This document shows positions 30,348 to 39,609 of a DNA stretch of 63,747 bases, piece after piece. The DNA lies in NCBI GenBank assembly GCA_963840455.1, contig CAWIYV010000012.1, positions 1 to 63,747 of the forward strand. The letters run 5' to 3'. Positions within the stretch are counted from its first letter, which is position 1. Each line of letters opens with the position of its first letter. The notes under the pieces are model-generated. The model was not told the DNA's origin and searched no databases. It saw only the letters and a list, made by a program, of their open reading frames with translations. The translations under genes were made by a program, and so were the position numbers. This DNA is from Nitrospirota bacterium (GTDB lineage Bacteria; Nitrospirota; UBA9217).

Positions 30348-32117
30348 CTACGCTGTAGCTTCCGGCTTAGCTTGAACTTTCTCCTTACGATATGCCTCGA
30401 TCGCATGTCGATTGGTCGGGTACAGCCGGTTTTCCTCGATCAATTTCATGAGATGATACCGTTCCAGCAAAGCAGTGGTCGGCTGATTGGCACGGCTAAC
30501 GGCAACGGTTACGCCACGTTTGACTAGCCACGTCAGGACTTGATGCAGTACTTCCTGACCAGTGGTGTCGATATCATTCATCGCTTCCGCGTCCAGCACA
30601 AACCATTTGACCGGCGTGGCGGCCTGCGTGACAAGTTTTTCCACCTCTTCCTCAAACAACGTGGCGTTGGCAAAATAGAGTGATGCGCCAAAACGATAAA
30701 AGAGTATCCCGGAAGTATCAGGGGCCTGGCCTGGTTCCTCGGGGACAAAATGACTGCCGTCCGGTGCTTCCTGCAGCACCCAGGTGCCGGGCCGGGACGC
30801 CCGCCGGAGTAGATCGATCGTGGCAAGCAGAAATGCAATGATGACAGCCTGCAACGGTCCGAACACCAGGACACTGAGCAGGCAGACGGCAGCGACCCAG
30901 AATTCAGACCGTCGCATCTGCCAAAATTCCCGAAGCTCCTCGACTTCGATCAGGTTCAACACGGCACTGGCGACGACCCCGGCCAATGCCGCAGTGGGCA
31001 GATACGCAAGCTGATCGGTAAAGAAGACCATGACCAGCGCGACCGTCACAGCCGCGATCAAACTCGAGAGCTGCGTGCGGGACCCTGCTGCGTCCATTGC
31101 CGCGGTGCGCGAGGCGCTGGGGCCCGAGACCAGCGAACCCGTGAACCCGCTTGCGATACTGGCCATGCCGTAGGCAAACAATACCTGGTTCCCATCAGCC
31201 TTGGTGTTGTTCTTTCGGCTGCAACTGCGGACCAGCAGCAGTGCCTCGCACAAAGTGATGCCGACCACGGCCATGGCACCGGGCAGCAGGCGCAGATAGT
31301 CTGCCAGCGGTATGCTGGGTATCGTCAGGGCGGGCAGTCCCGACGGCATTGCACCCAGCACTTTCACCCCATATTTATCCAGGCCGAACACTGCCACGAT
31401 GATCGTCGTCAGTATCAATGCTATCAGCGCCGCCGGTGCTTTGGGTGCGTGTGCTTTCATGAGACGTACGATAGCAAACGTGCCCAATCCGATACCGACG
31501 GAATAGATGTTCGCATGAGGTATGGACTCGACCAGGACAACGAGTTCCGCAAAATAACCCGTGGTGTTGACGGAAGTAGCCATCGCACCATGGAGTTGCT
31601 CGGCCATCGCCCCTAATCCCGATCCTCCGGCGTGAACGGCCCCCAGTATCCTCCTGGCCTGGTTGGTCAACACCTCGATCCCCAGACCGGTGATGAAACC
31701 GGCCAGTACCGCGCGGGAGAGAAAATTGGCGAGAAAGGCCAGCCGGAAGAACCAAAATACAAAAAAAAGCAGGCCGCACATCACCGCAAGGGCCAAAGCA
31801 TACTGCACACGCAGCGGGTCTCCAATCGGAGCAAAGCCGATAAGCATTGCTCCCATGATCGCAGCAATAGGGGCATCCGGGCTTCCCACGACATGGCGCG
31901 AGCTGGTGAAGAGCGCAAATATCGCGAGTGGTATGATGCCCGCATACAGGCCAAACACCGGGGGCAACCCGGCCACCTGCGCATATCCGATATTAAGGGG
32001 GATGATCAAGGCCGCCAGGGTGATGCCGGCGGAGATCTCGCTGGGCAAATTTGTCCACGTCATTCCCTGCAAACCCGAGAACATCGTGGGCCATTGGAAT
32101 CTAGGCGTCGTACTCAT
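30348..32117 (-). CDS. SulP/SLC26 anion transporter with STAS domain
   Basis: AGITLAALIIP..GYAQVAGLPP..GLY and SASRT motifs; C-terminal LYFANA...VLDAEAMNDIDTTG. Confidence 0.92.
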   Translation of the reverse strand: MSTTPRFQWPTMFSGLQGMTWTNLPSEISAGITLAALIIPLNIGYAQVAGLPPVFGLYAGIIPLAIFALFTSSRHVVGSPDAPIAAIMGAMLIGFAPIGDPLRVQYALALAVMCGLLFFVFWFFRLAFLANFLSRAVLAGFITGLGIEVLTNQARRILGAVHAGGSGLGAMAEQLHGAMATSVNTTGYFAELVVLVESIPHANIYSVGIGLGTFAIVRLMKAHAPKAPAALIALILTTIIVAVFGLDKYGVKVLGAMPSGLPALTIPSIPLADYLRLLPGAMAVVGITLCEALLLVRSCSRKNNTKADGNQVLFAYGMASIASGFTGSLVSGPSASRTAAMDAAGSRTQLSSLIAAVTVALVMVFFTDQLAYLPTAALAGVVASAVLNLIEVEELREFWQMRRSEFWVAAVCLLSVLVFGPLQAVIIAFLLATIDLLRRASRPGTWVLQEAPDGSHFVPEEPGQAPDTSGILFYRFGASLYFANATLFEEEVEKLVTQAATPVKWFVLDAEAMNDIDTTGQEVLHQVLTWLVKRGVTVAVSRANQPTTALLERYHLMKLIEENRLYPTNRHAIEAYRKEKVQAKPEATA

Positions 32118-32132
32118 GCATCAATCTCCTCT

Positions 32133-32666
32133 TTATTCGTGCACCGCGACGTCTCTTCTCCGGAAAAAAAGCGCCTGTATCTTGTCCTGTCCCAATACCC
32201 GACCCAGTTCCTTGACGCCGAAGAAGGGAATAAAAGCAACAAAAACGACCAGAGCATTGGCGATAAATTCATAGGGCCCTTTCCCCAGGAAATCGACAAG
32301 GCCCCCCGTGAACCCCGTCCCCTTCCAAAGGACCTTGACCACATTCTCGAGTACGGTAAAGATACCGAGAAAGAGCGTGAAGACGGCAGTCTTGTAGAGA
32401 GTAGGAAAGATCAAGGGCTTCTGTTCAAGACCGCGGCCGAGGCGAAACACCGCTCCGATCATGATGACCTTTGCAAGGACCAGCGCTTCGATCACGGCAA
32501 ACCCGTAATTCGTGTACGTGATATCATGAGCAGCCAGAATAAGTCTTCGGTACACCGTGAACGATGCGAACACGATGGTGAGATAAACGACATTGATCCA
32601 GTACTCGACCATCTCATGAACCAATTTTTTCTTCCAGCTGACCTTGCTTGTATCAGTGTTGCTCAT
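32133..32666 (-). CDS. Hypothetical membrane protein (about 4 TM)
   Basis: 177-aa ORF with RBS and hydrophobic segments. Confidence 0.7.
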   Translation of the reverse strand: MSNTDTSKVSWKKKLVHEMVEYWINVVYLTIVFASFTVYRRLILAAHDITYTNYGFAVIEALVLAKVIMIGAVFRLGRGLEQKPLIFPTLYKTAVFTLFLGIFTVLENVVKVLWKGTGFTGGLVDFLGKGPYEFIANALVVFVAFIPFFGVKELGRVLGQDKIQALFFRRRDVAVHE

Positions 32667-32758
32667 GATCTATGCCTCCTCGCGCAAAACTGCGTTGCCC
32701 TTGTTCGAATGCTCAGTACTGAATTTGGATCTGTCAGCAGCAAGGTCCTTCCCTTCCC

Positions 32759-34483
32759 TCAGCTCTCCCAGAAGGTCGTAGAATGAGCCCGCGACAGGAG
32801 ACCTCCGGAGACATTCCGCGCTTTGAATCCGTTCTGCAGAAGGATCCGCGTCGCGTAGTACGCTCGTCCGCCGGAGCGGCAAATAACGTGGATATCCCGA
32901 TCGCGGGGCAGCTCGTTGAGACGGGCCCTGAGTTGGCCCAGCGGGATGTTGACAGCGCCCTCCGCATTCTCCAGAACGAGTTCCACGGGCTCGCGCACAT
33001 CGAGGAGAAAGTCCTTTCCAAGGGAGTCCCAATGACTGATCGGCATGTCACCGCGCAGGACATCGGCTGCGATCATCCCCGCGAAATTGACGGGGTCCTT
33101 CGCGCTGCCGAATTGGGGCGAATAGCACATCTCCGCTTCCTCGAGGTCGTAGATCGTCGCACCCATCTGGAGCGCCACGGCCAGGGCGCTGATCCGCTTG
33201 TCCACGCCGTCCAGGCCGACCGCCTGCGCTCCGAGCAGGCGTCCGTCGGATTTCCGGAACAGGACCTTCATCGCTATCGGCCTGGCTCCCGGGTAGTACC
33301 CCGCATGGGAATTCGGGTAGAAGTATATCTTCTCGAAGTCCTTGTCGCCGATCCGTGCGAGCGTCTTTTCGCTTGCCCCGGTCCAAGCGGCCGCTCCGTC
33401 GAAGAGTCCGATGATCGAGGTGCCCTGGGTGCCCCGGAAGCGGGAGTCGCGCCCGGCGATCACGTCGGCCGCGATGCGGCCCTGCCGGTTTGCCGGGCCG
33501 GCGAGCGGGATAAGGCTCCACTCGCCTGTTATGTGGTCCTTGACCTCGACAGCGTCGCCGACGGCGAAGATGTCCGGATTGCTCGTGCGCATGTGATCGT
33601 CTACGCGGATCCCTCCGCGGTCGCCGATCTTCAGGCCCGCGGACTTTGCCAGCGCGGTGTCCGGTCGAACGCCGATCGCGAGGATCACGATGTCCGCCGG
33701 ATACATCTTGCCGGACTTCGTGAGAACCTCGAGCGAGCCGTTCGCGGCCTGTTTGAACCCGGCCACTCCGTCATTGAGCGCCAGACGGATACCATGCCGC
33801 TCCACGTAACCCTCTACAATGCGCGCCAGCTCATGATCGAGCGGCGTCAGGACCTGAGCGGCCATCTCGACGATCGTTACGTCGAATCCCCGGTGGACGA
33901 GGTTCTCCGCCGTCTCCAGGCCGATGAAACCGCCCCCGACGACCACCGCGCGGGTCTTCGGCCGCAACGTCTGGAAGCCGGAATATTTGTGCATCCCGGC
34001 CAGGAACGAGGTGCCTCGTTCGATCCACTCGCGGATCGCCTTTGCGTCAGGCACGGTCCTGACGTGGAAGATACCCGGGAGGTCGATCCCCGGAAGGGGC
34101 GGGCGGACCGATGACGCTCCGGGCGAGAGCACGAGTTTGTCGTATGACTCGGTCGTCACCTCGCCGGTCGCGACATTGCGCAGGTCCACGGTCTTCTTAT
34201 CCGGTGCGATCTTGATCGCTTCGCAGTTCGTCCGCGCTTCGACCGCGAACCAATCGCGGAACATCGCCGCGCTCGCGACGAGAAGGCTTGACTCCTTTTC
34301 TATCACGCCGCCAATATGATAGGGCAGCCCGCAATTCGCGTATGAAACATAGGGTCCCTTTTCAACCATGAGGATCTCCGCATGTTCATCCAACCTGCGC
34401 AGCCGCGCCGCGCACGATGCGCCGCCTGCCACTCCGCCAACAATGATGACCTTCATTTTCGCAGCCTTGCCTTTGCCTTCCAT
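32759..34483 (-). CDS. CoA-disulfide/persulfide reductase-like flavoprotein with rhodanese domain
   Basis: GGVAGG, SYANCGLPY, GGGFIGLE, AVGD, CYSPQF and C-terminal LDVREP...ICRSGGRA motifs. Confidence 0.88.
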   Translation of the reverse strand: MEGKGKAAKMKVIIVGGVAGGASCAARLRRLDEHAEILMVEKGPYVSYANCGLPYHIGGVIEKESSLLVASAAMFRDWFAVEARTNCEAIKIAPDKKTVDLRNVATGEVTTESYDKLVLSPGASSVRPPLPGIDLPGIFHVRTVPDAKAIREWIERGTSFLAGMHKYSGFQTLRPKTRAVVVGGGFIGLETAENLVHRGFDVTIVEMAAQVLTPLDHELARIVEGYVERHGIRLALNDGVAGFKQAANGSLEVLTKSGKMYPADIVILAIGVRPDTALAKSAGLKIGDRGGIRVDDHMRTSNPDIFAVGDAVEVKDHITGEWSLIPLAGPANRQGRIAADVIAGRDSRFRGTQGTSIIGLFDGAAAWTGASEKTLARIGDKDFEKIYFYPNSHAGYYPGARPIAMKVLFRKSDGRLLGAQAVGLDGVDKRISALAVALQMGATIYDLEEAEMCYSPQFGSAKDPVNFAGMIAADVLRGDMPISHWDSLGKDFLLDVREPVELVLENAEGAVNIPLGQLRARLNELPRDRDIHVICRSGGRAYYATRILLQNGFKARNVSGGLLSRAHSTTFWES

Positions 34484-34568
34484 GAGTATCTCCTTGTCAA
34501 TTCTATTTATCGTTCTAAGTTACTTATCGGCCTTTCAGGCGATGATCTCCGGGTCTTCTCGAATTCCG

Positions 34569-35537
34569 CTATTCGTCTCCGCGATAGATGTCACCCACAC
34601 GGCCCTCACGCCTCTCCTGGCGGGTGGCGGCGTCAGCGCCATAAGCATGTCCGCCAAAGCCATGGCGCATCATTGCAATGGCCCGCGCCCAGTTTTTCTT
34701 CTCATCACGGGAGGCGAAAAGCTGCATCACAGCCTGCGAGATGACGGGGATCGGCACCTCCATGCGCATGGCATCGCCTACCAGCCAGTTGACCTCGCCC
34801 GTGTCCTCTACATAGGACGGCACCTTCTCCAGCCCGCCATCGGCGCGGTAGGCCGCTTCCATGAGATCGATGAGCCAGGAGCGGACCACTGAGCCATGCT
34901 GCCAGCATCGCAGGATATCGGCGATGACCAGCCGATCGTGGTAGTGTTCCATAATATCGATGCCTTCGCCAATCGCCTGGAGCATGCCGAACTCGATGCC
35001 ATTGTGCACGAGCTTGGTAAAGTGACCGGCGCCGGGAGGCCCGGCGTGCACATAGCCGCCCTCGACCGCCAAAGACCGGAGAATTGGCTCGATGCGCGCA
35101 ACAGCCGTTTTTTCACCGCCGACCATGAAGCAGGCTCCCTGTCGCGCGCCTTCAACGCCGCCGCTGGTCCCAAGGTCCACCAGCTGGATGCCGCGATCTT
35201 TGAGTTCGCGATGGCGCCTGATCGAGTCACCCCAGTAGGAATTACCGCCGTCGACAATAATGTCTCCCGACTCGAGTTCTTTCGCCAGATCATTGATGAC
35301 CTTGTCGACGAGCGGCCCTGCCGGCACGTACACGAAAATGGCCCGCGAAGGCTTCAGCGCCGTACGAAATCCGGCGAGGCCGGAAACCTCCTTGAGGCCG
35401 GCTTTGCGCAGCTCCGCCGATGCGCCCCTGAGCTCGAAGCCCGCCACTTCCATTTTTTTCCCGAGGGCCTGCATCGCCAACCCACCGCCCATGCGGCCAA
35501 GACCAACAACTCCGAACTCCTGCATGACCTGTACCAT
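34569..35537 (-). CDS. gnd: 6-phosphogluconate dehydrogenase, short (YqeC-like) form
   Basis: GLGRMG, DGGNS, GTSGG, GHFTKLVHNGIEFG and MRHGFGGH motifs. Confidence 0.88.
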   Translation of the reverse strand: MVQVMQEFGVVGLGRMGGGLAMQALGKKMEVAGFELRGASAELRKAGLKEVSGLAGFRTALKPSRAIFVYVPAGPLVDKVINDLAKELESGDIIVDGGNSYWGDSIRRHRELKDRGIQLVDLGTSGGVEGARQGACFMVGGEKTAVARIEPILRSLAVEGGYVHAGPPGAGHFTKLVHNGIEFGMLQAIGEGIDIMEHYHDRLVIADILRCWQHGSVVRSWLIDLMEAAYRADGGLEKVPSYVEDTGEVNWLVGDAMRMEVPIPVISQAVMQLFASRDEKKNWARAIAMMRHGFGGHAYGADAATRQERREGRVGDIYRGDE

Positions 35538-35548
35538 GTTCGCTCTCC

Positions 35549-36283
35549 TTATCTTCGTGCCGCGCCTTGCCTGCTCCCCCGACGACCGCTCGGCCGCAGA
35601 ATGGCCCGTGCGGGTGCTCCATCCGCTCCGGCAACCCGCAGCGGCAGACAGACGAGCTCATACGCTCCGGGTTTCGCCGCAGACAGGTTGAGCCCTTCGA
35701 TGAGCCAGATCCCCGCGCCGAGGAGTATCCGATGGGTCTCGACGCCATCGTGCATATAGCCGCCGACCGAGAGGTAATCGATACCAACCGTGCGCACCTT
35801 TCGCTCAACGAGGAATTGCGCAGCCGCCGCACTGATATAGACAAAATCTTCGACAAACCGGCTGCTGTTCCAGCAGCGTTCGGAGTTCCGGGTGAGGAAC
35901 AGCACACGCTCCCCCGCCCGCAGGCGGTGTGCCTCAAGCTCCTCGGGAAGGATCGCCTGGGGGTGCTCGATGCGAATCACGCGCGCCGGCCCGATCACGG
36001 CGTCGAGAGGCATCTCATCGAGCCCCGCGCCGTCAGCAATGAAATGCCGCGGCGCATCCATATGCGTGCCTGTATGCGCACCAAGTTCCAGCTTGGATAC
36101 GTTGGCCGCATCTCCACGCGACAGGTCCTGAACGCGCTCGACGCTCACGCCTGGATCGTCGGGCCAGTGCACCATTCCCGAATAGATCGGCACCGAGATA
36201 TCGATCCACGCCGCGGTCCTCTCGCCACTCACTGACGAAAGGCGCGTCGCCCTCGGAATGTTCCGTTTCTTCGATTTTTCCAT
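35549..36283 (-). CDS. Cyclase-family (KynB-like) metal hydrolase
   Basis: HTGTHMDAP.H, GIDYLS, IEGL and DGAPARA motifs. Confidence 0.88.
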   Translation of the reverse strand: MEKSKKRNIPRATRLSSVSGERTAAWIDISVPIYSGMVHWPDDPGVSVERVQDLSRGDAANVSKLELGAHTGTHMDAPRHFIADGAGLDEMPLDAVIGPARVIRIEHPQAILPEELEAHRLRAGERVLFLTRNSERCWNSSRFVEDFVYISAAAAQFLVERKVRTVGIDYLSVGGYMHDGVETHRILLGAGIWLIEGLNLSAAKPGAYELVCLPLRVAGADGAPARAILRPSGRRGSRQGAARR

Positions 36284-37332
36284 CAGATCTCCGCGAATTG
36301 GATAACGACCTTGATGTCGTCGGGTTTCCGCTCCAGCGCCTTTTTGAAATTCTCCGGTTTTTCACGGCGCGTGATCAGACGGCTCAGCCACGCCCGGTCT
36401 GCTCGAGCCAGCATATTTCCCGCCTTATACCAGTGCCGCTTATTGGCGTTTACGCTGCCCACGACCACGTTGTTCTTTAACACCGCTGATGCCGCAATAT
36501 CTGCGCAGGCTGCCGGCGTGACTACGCCGCCATGGCCGACGCCGGTCAGGCAAACGATCCCGCTTGAGCCGATCGCCTGTATCGAATCGGAGATCACCTG
36601 TCCCACACCTGTGCATTCAATGATGGCGTCCGGTTCCAAGCCGGTCTTCTTGACCGATCCGGCATGATAGGTCGCACCAAGGGCGCGCACCAGATCCGGC
36701 TTGGTACCGGATTCCATCCGGTCAAGGACATGGACGTCGAGGCCGAACAACTTGGCGGCGAGAGCAGCCAGAAGACCGATCGGGCCCGCACCCGTCACGA
36801 GCACGGTCCGCGGTTCCCAGAACGACCGCCGGCCAATGACCGCCACTTGTTCCAGGGCTTTTGTGATCACCGTGGCCGGCTCCAGGAGCACACCGAGGAT
36901 CCCCAGGGAAGGGTCCACCTTAATGGCGTATTCGGGCTCGATGCGCCAGCGTTCCGACATAAATCCGTGGATCTCCTTGATCCCTCGCTCGGTGTACTGG
37001 CCGTTGCGGCACATGTCCCATTCACCTACCGCACAATTAGGGCAGGGAACCGGGTCCGGGCGTCGGACGATCCCGACCACCAGGTCACCTTTTTTGAGGG
37101 AACTGCTCGGCCCTGGATCAATGACGCGGCCCAGTGACTCGTGGCCCAGCACCAGGCGTTCTTTGCCGGGAGGGGCCCAACCGTATTTCCCTTCAGCGAT
37201 CTCAACATCGGTCCCGCATACCCCGACGGCCACTGCCTCCACGAGGACCGAACCCTCATGCACATCAGGCTCTGGAAAATCTTCGTATCGGGCTGACCCG
37301 GGCTTTTTTGGTTCTACGGTGATCGCTTTCAT
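36283..37332 (-). CDS. Zn-dependent glucose 1-dehydrogenase (MDR family)
   Basis: GVCGTD, GHE, VRRP..C..C....WDMC...ERGI, GAGPIG and GSVNA motifs. Confidence 0.88.
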   Translation of the reverse strand: MKAITVEPKKPGSARYEDFPEPDVHEGSVLVEAVAVGVCGTDVEIAEGKYGWAPPGKERLVLGHESLGRVIDPGPSSSLKKGDLVVGIVRRPDPVPCPNCAVGEWDMCRNGQYTERGIKEIHGFMSERWRIEPEYAIKVDPSLGILGVLLEPATVITKALEQVAVIGRRSFWEPRTVLVTGAGPIGLLAALAAKLFGLDVHVLDRMESGTKPDLVRALGATYHAGSVKKTGLEPDAIIECTGVGQVISDSIQAIGSSGIVCLTGVGHGGVVTPAACADIAASAVLKNNVVVGSVNANKRHWYKAGNMLARADRAWLSRLITRREKPENFKKALERKPDDIKVVIQFAEI

Positions 37333-37372
37333 GAGCTTTTACCTCCAAGGTAACGATATAAAGCCAAAAAAC

Positions 37373-37487
37373 TTTCACCGCAGAGCACGCGGAGGACGCA
37401 GAGTGAAACTAAAATCTTTAAGTCTTAGCTTTAATCCAAAAAATTTCTAAGCTTTTCTCTGCGATCTCTGCGACCTCTGCGGTAAAA
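37373..37487. repeat. Inverted CGCAGAG-unit element
   Basis: TTTCACCGCAGAGCACGCGGAGGACGCAGAG, AT-rich spacer, CTCTGCGATCTCTGCGACCTCTGCGGTAAAA. Confidence 0.68.
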
Positions 37488-37519
37488 TATCTTTGTTTTT
37501 TTCATAGCACTAACGTGCT

Positions 37520-37753
37520 TCATGTCTTCCTGACTCGTTGAGGAGTCGTGCCCACCGATTTTGCTTTGCCCTCACTGAGCATCTCTTGCGCATCAGAGGA
37601 CGCAAAGAGATGCATGATACGCGCTATCGCCCCGGACCAACCCGTCTGGTGGCTCGCGCCGACCCCCGCGCCGATGTCTCCGTAGAAGTACTCATAGAAC
37701 AAGGGGCAATCTCTCCAATTAGGATCTTCCTGGAATGTTCGTGCTGTTCCATG
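37520..37753 (-). pseudogene. Orphan 3' fragment of an MGH1/GH63-like glucosidase
   Basis: Translates [41 protein letters not shown]..., aligning to the C-terminus of 43369..46110. It begins 1 nt after the AI-2E stop codon. Confidence 0.88.
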
Positions 37754-37754
37754 T

Positions 37755-38828
37755 TCAGGCCGCTTCCTCCTGCGCGCTTCCGGACACCCATACCTTAAGG
37801 AGCGTATAGATGACGGCCAGAATCACGGGACCGATGAAGAGCCCGATGACCCCGAAGGCGATGAGGCCGCCGATGACGCCTGAGAATATCAGCACGAGCG
37901 GCAGGTCTGCTCCCTTCTTGATCAGGAACGGGCGCAGGACATTATCGAGCAAGACGGCAATAACCGAAATGACGAGAAGCATCGTCCCCCAGACCGGCTG
38001 GCCCGACCAGTAGACCCAGATAACCGCCGGTACCAGCACCAGGACAGGCCCGAGCTGTGCAAGGCTGAGCATGAACATCAACGCGGTCAGCAATCCTACC
38101 GCCGGAACTCCGGCGATGAGAAGTCCGAAGCCTCCCACAGCCGACTGGATGAGCGCCGTCAGGACGACCCCCAGCATGACGCTCCGCACCGTCTTTGCCG
38201 CGAGGACCGTGACCTCCTCTCCCTGCTGTCCGGCAAGGCGCCGAGCAAAGCTCAGGATCCCCTTTTCCACGACCTCGCCCTTCGCGTACAGGATCGCCGC
38301 GATGATCACCGTCAGCAGGAATTGCAGTATCGTCATGCCAATGCCCCCGGTCTTGACAACGAACCATTCAAATGCGTTGCGCACATAGGGGACGACACTG
38401 GCCGAACGTTCCTCGGAGCTGAGAGCGGCGAACGCTCTCCATCGAGCCGCGAGTTTTTCACCAGCCAGCGGAATCTGCTCGAGCCATTCCGGCGGCGAGG
38501 ACAGGGGGAGGGTAGCAAGGGACCTGGCCTGCTCCTTGATGGTGTCCGCATTGACGATGATGACAATAACAGAGAGCGCTATCGGGATTAGAACAGTGAG
38601 CAGGAGAACAAACGTCATCAGGGTGACGGCACGGCCCCGCTTCTTGACAAACCGCGTCTCGAGCTTTTCCAGGACCGGCCACGTTGCAATGACAATCAAG
38701 GCCGCCCAGATGATGGCGGTCAGAAAGGGGAGCATGATCCAAATACTGCCTACGATGAGCACGCCGATGAAGAGCGCTGACAGGATCGTGTGGGCAATGT
38801 CACGAGTTACGGGATTCTTTGCGTTCAT
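37755..38828 (-). CDS. AI-2E family transporter (YdiK-like)
   Basis: [31 protein letters not shown] and GLFIGPV motifs. Confidence 0.9.
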   Translation of the reverse strand: MNAKNPVTRDIAHTILSALFIGVLIVGSIWIMLPFLTAIIWAALIVIATWPVLEKLETRFVKKRGRAVTLMTFVLLLTVLIPIALSVIVIIVNADTIKEQARSLATLPLSSPPEWLEQIPLAGEKLAARWRAFAALSSEERSASVVPYVRNAFEWFVVKTGGIGMTILQFLLTVIIAAILYAKGEVVEKGILSFARRLAGQQGEEVTVLAAKTVRSVMLGVVLTALIQSAVGGFGLLIAGVPAVGLLTALMFMLSLAQLGPVLVLVPAVIWVYWSGQPVWGTMLLVISVIAVLLDNVLRPFLIKKGADLPLVLIFSGVIGGLIAFGVIGLFIGPVILAVIYTLLKVWVSGSAQEEAA

Positions 38829-38884
38829 ATTCAGGTCACTCCTTTGTAGGGCTCATGCGGTTCGATTGTCGACAGTTGCCTCTT

Positions 38885-38983
38885 ACCGAACGATCCCGCC
38901 TTAAAGGCGAGCACCAGCTGCCCTATGCCGCCGATCAGCAGCATCACTCCCGCGAACAGGGAAAACGACAATCCTGCAACTGC
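38885..38983 (-). pseudogene. Internal fragment of an HdeD-like membrane gene
   Basis: AVAGLSFSLFAGVMLLIGGIGQLVLAFKAGSFG resembles PAVAGSALMIVIGFILLIAGIVAVVRELKAG of 49744..50286. Confidence 0.5.
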
Positions 38984-39067
38984 ACCATTTCCATCATCTT
39001 TCAACACCCGGACATACCTGCGTTCCTCCCCTCCCGGAAAGGACCGCAAAGTGTATTTAAGTATCAC

Positions 39068-39481
39068 CTAGTTCTTCAGCCCGACGTCTTTCATGGCCGA
39101 CTTACACCGCTTGGTGACCTTCGCGTCGTTCTTCTCGATGCACTTGAGCAGCCGCCCCTCGCCAGGTTTGATATCGGCGCAGTACTTCGTCAGGTCGTCC
39201 CTGCACTCGTTCGCCACGTAGGCCAGGGCGTTTATGGCCCGCTCAAGCTGCACCGCGGCGTCGTAGAGCGCGTACTCGCACTGGGCTGACAGCTTGTCGC
39301 TGAACGCGTACAGGCAGGCAAGCCCCCTCCCTTCGCCCGGCGTCACGTCCTTGCAGTACGTCTTGAGCTCCTTGTCGCAGCCTTTTACAACGCTCTCGAC
39401 CAGCGCCTGCTGGGCCGAAGCGACCCCACTGAACACCAGCACCATACCGATGACCACCATCCACACCATTGCATACCGCAT
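39068..39481 (-). CDS. Exported cysteine-rich-repeat protein, copy B
   Basis: Same length as copy A and offset by exactly 10640 nt. Confidence 0.85.
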   Translation of the reverse strand: MRYAMVWMVVIGMVLVFSGVASAQQALVESVVKGCDKELKTYCKDVTPGEGRGLACLYAFSDKLSAQCEYALYDAAVQLERAINALAYVANECRDDLTKYCADIKPGEGRLLKCIEKNDAKVTKRCKSAMKDVGLKN

Positions 39482-39520
39482 GTTTACTTCCTCCTTTGCT
39501 CCTGTGATATACGTCGCTGA

Positions 39521-39589
39521 TTATGCCGACGCTCTTGCCTTCTCGATGGTTTCCTCTCTCTTGAAATTCGAGGCTGCCTCGATGGTTAC
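39521..39589 (-). pseudogene. Orphan 3' end of an unknown gene (VTIEAASNFKREETIEKARASA*)
   Basis: Longer version of the 28881 remnant, starting about 20 nt after the stop of 39610..40785. Confidence 0.5.
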
Positions 39590-39609
39590 CCTGCTTGTTC
39601 CGGCCCCGA

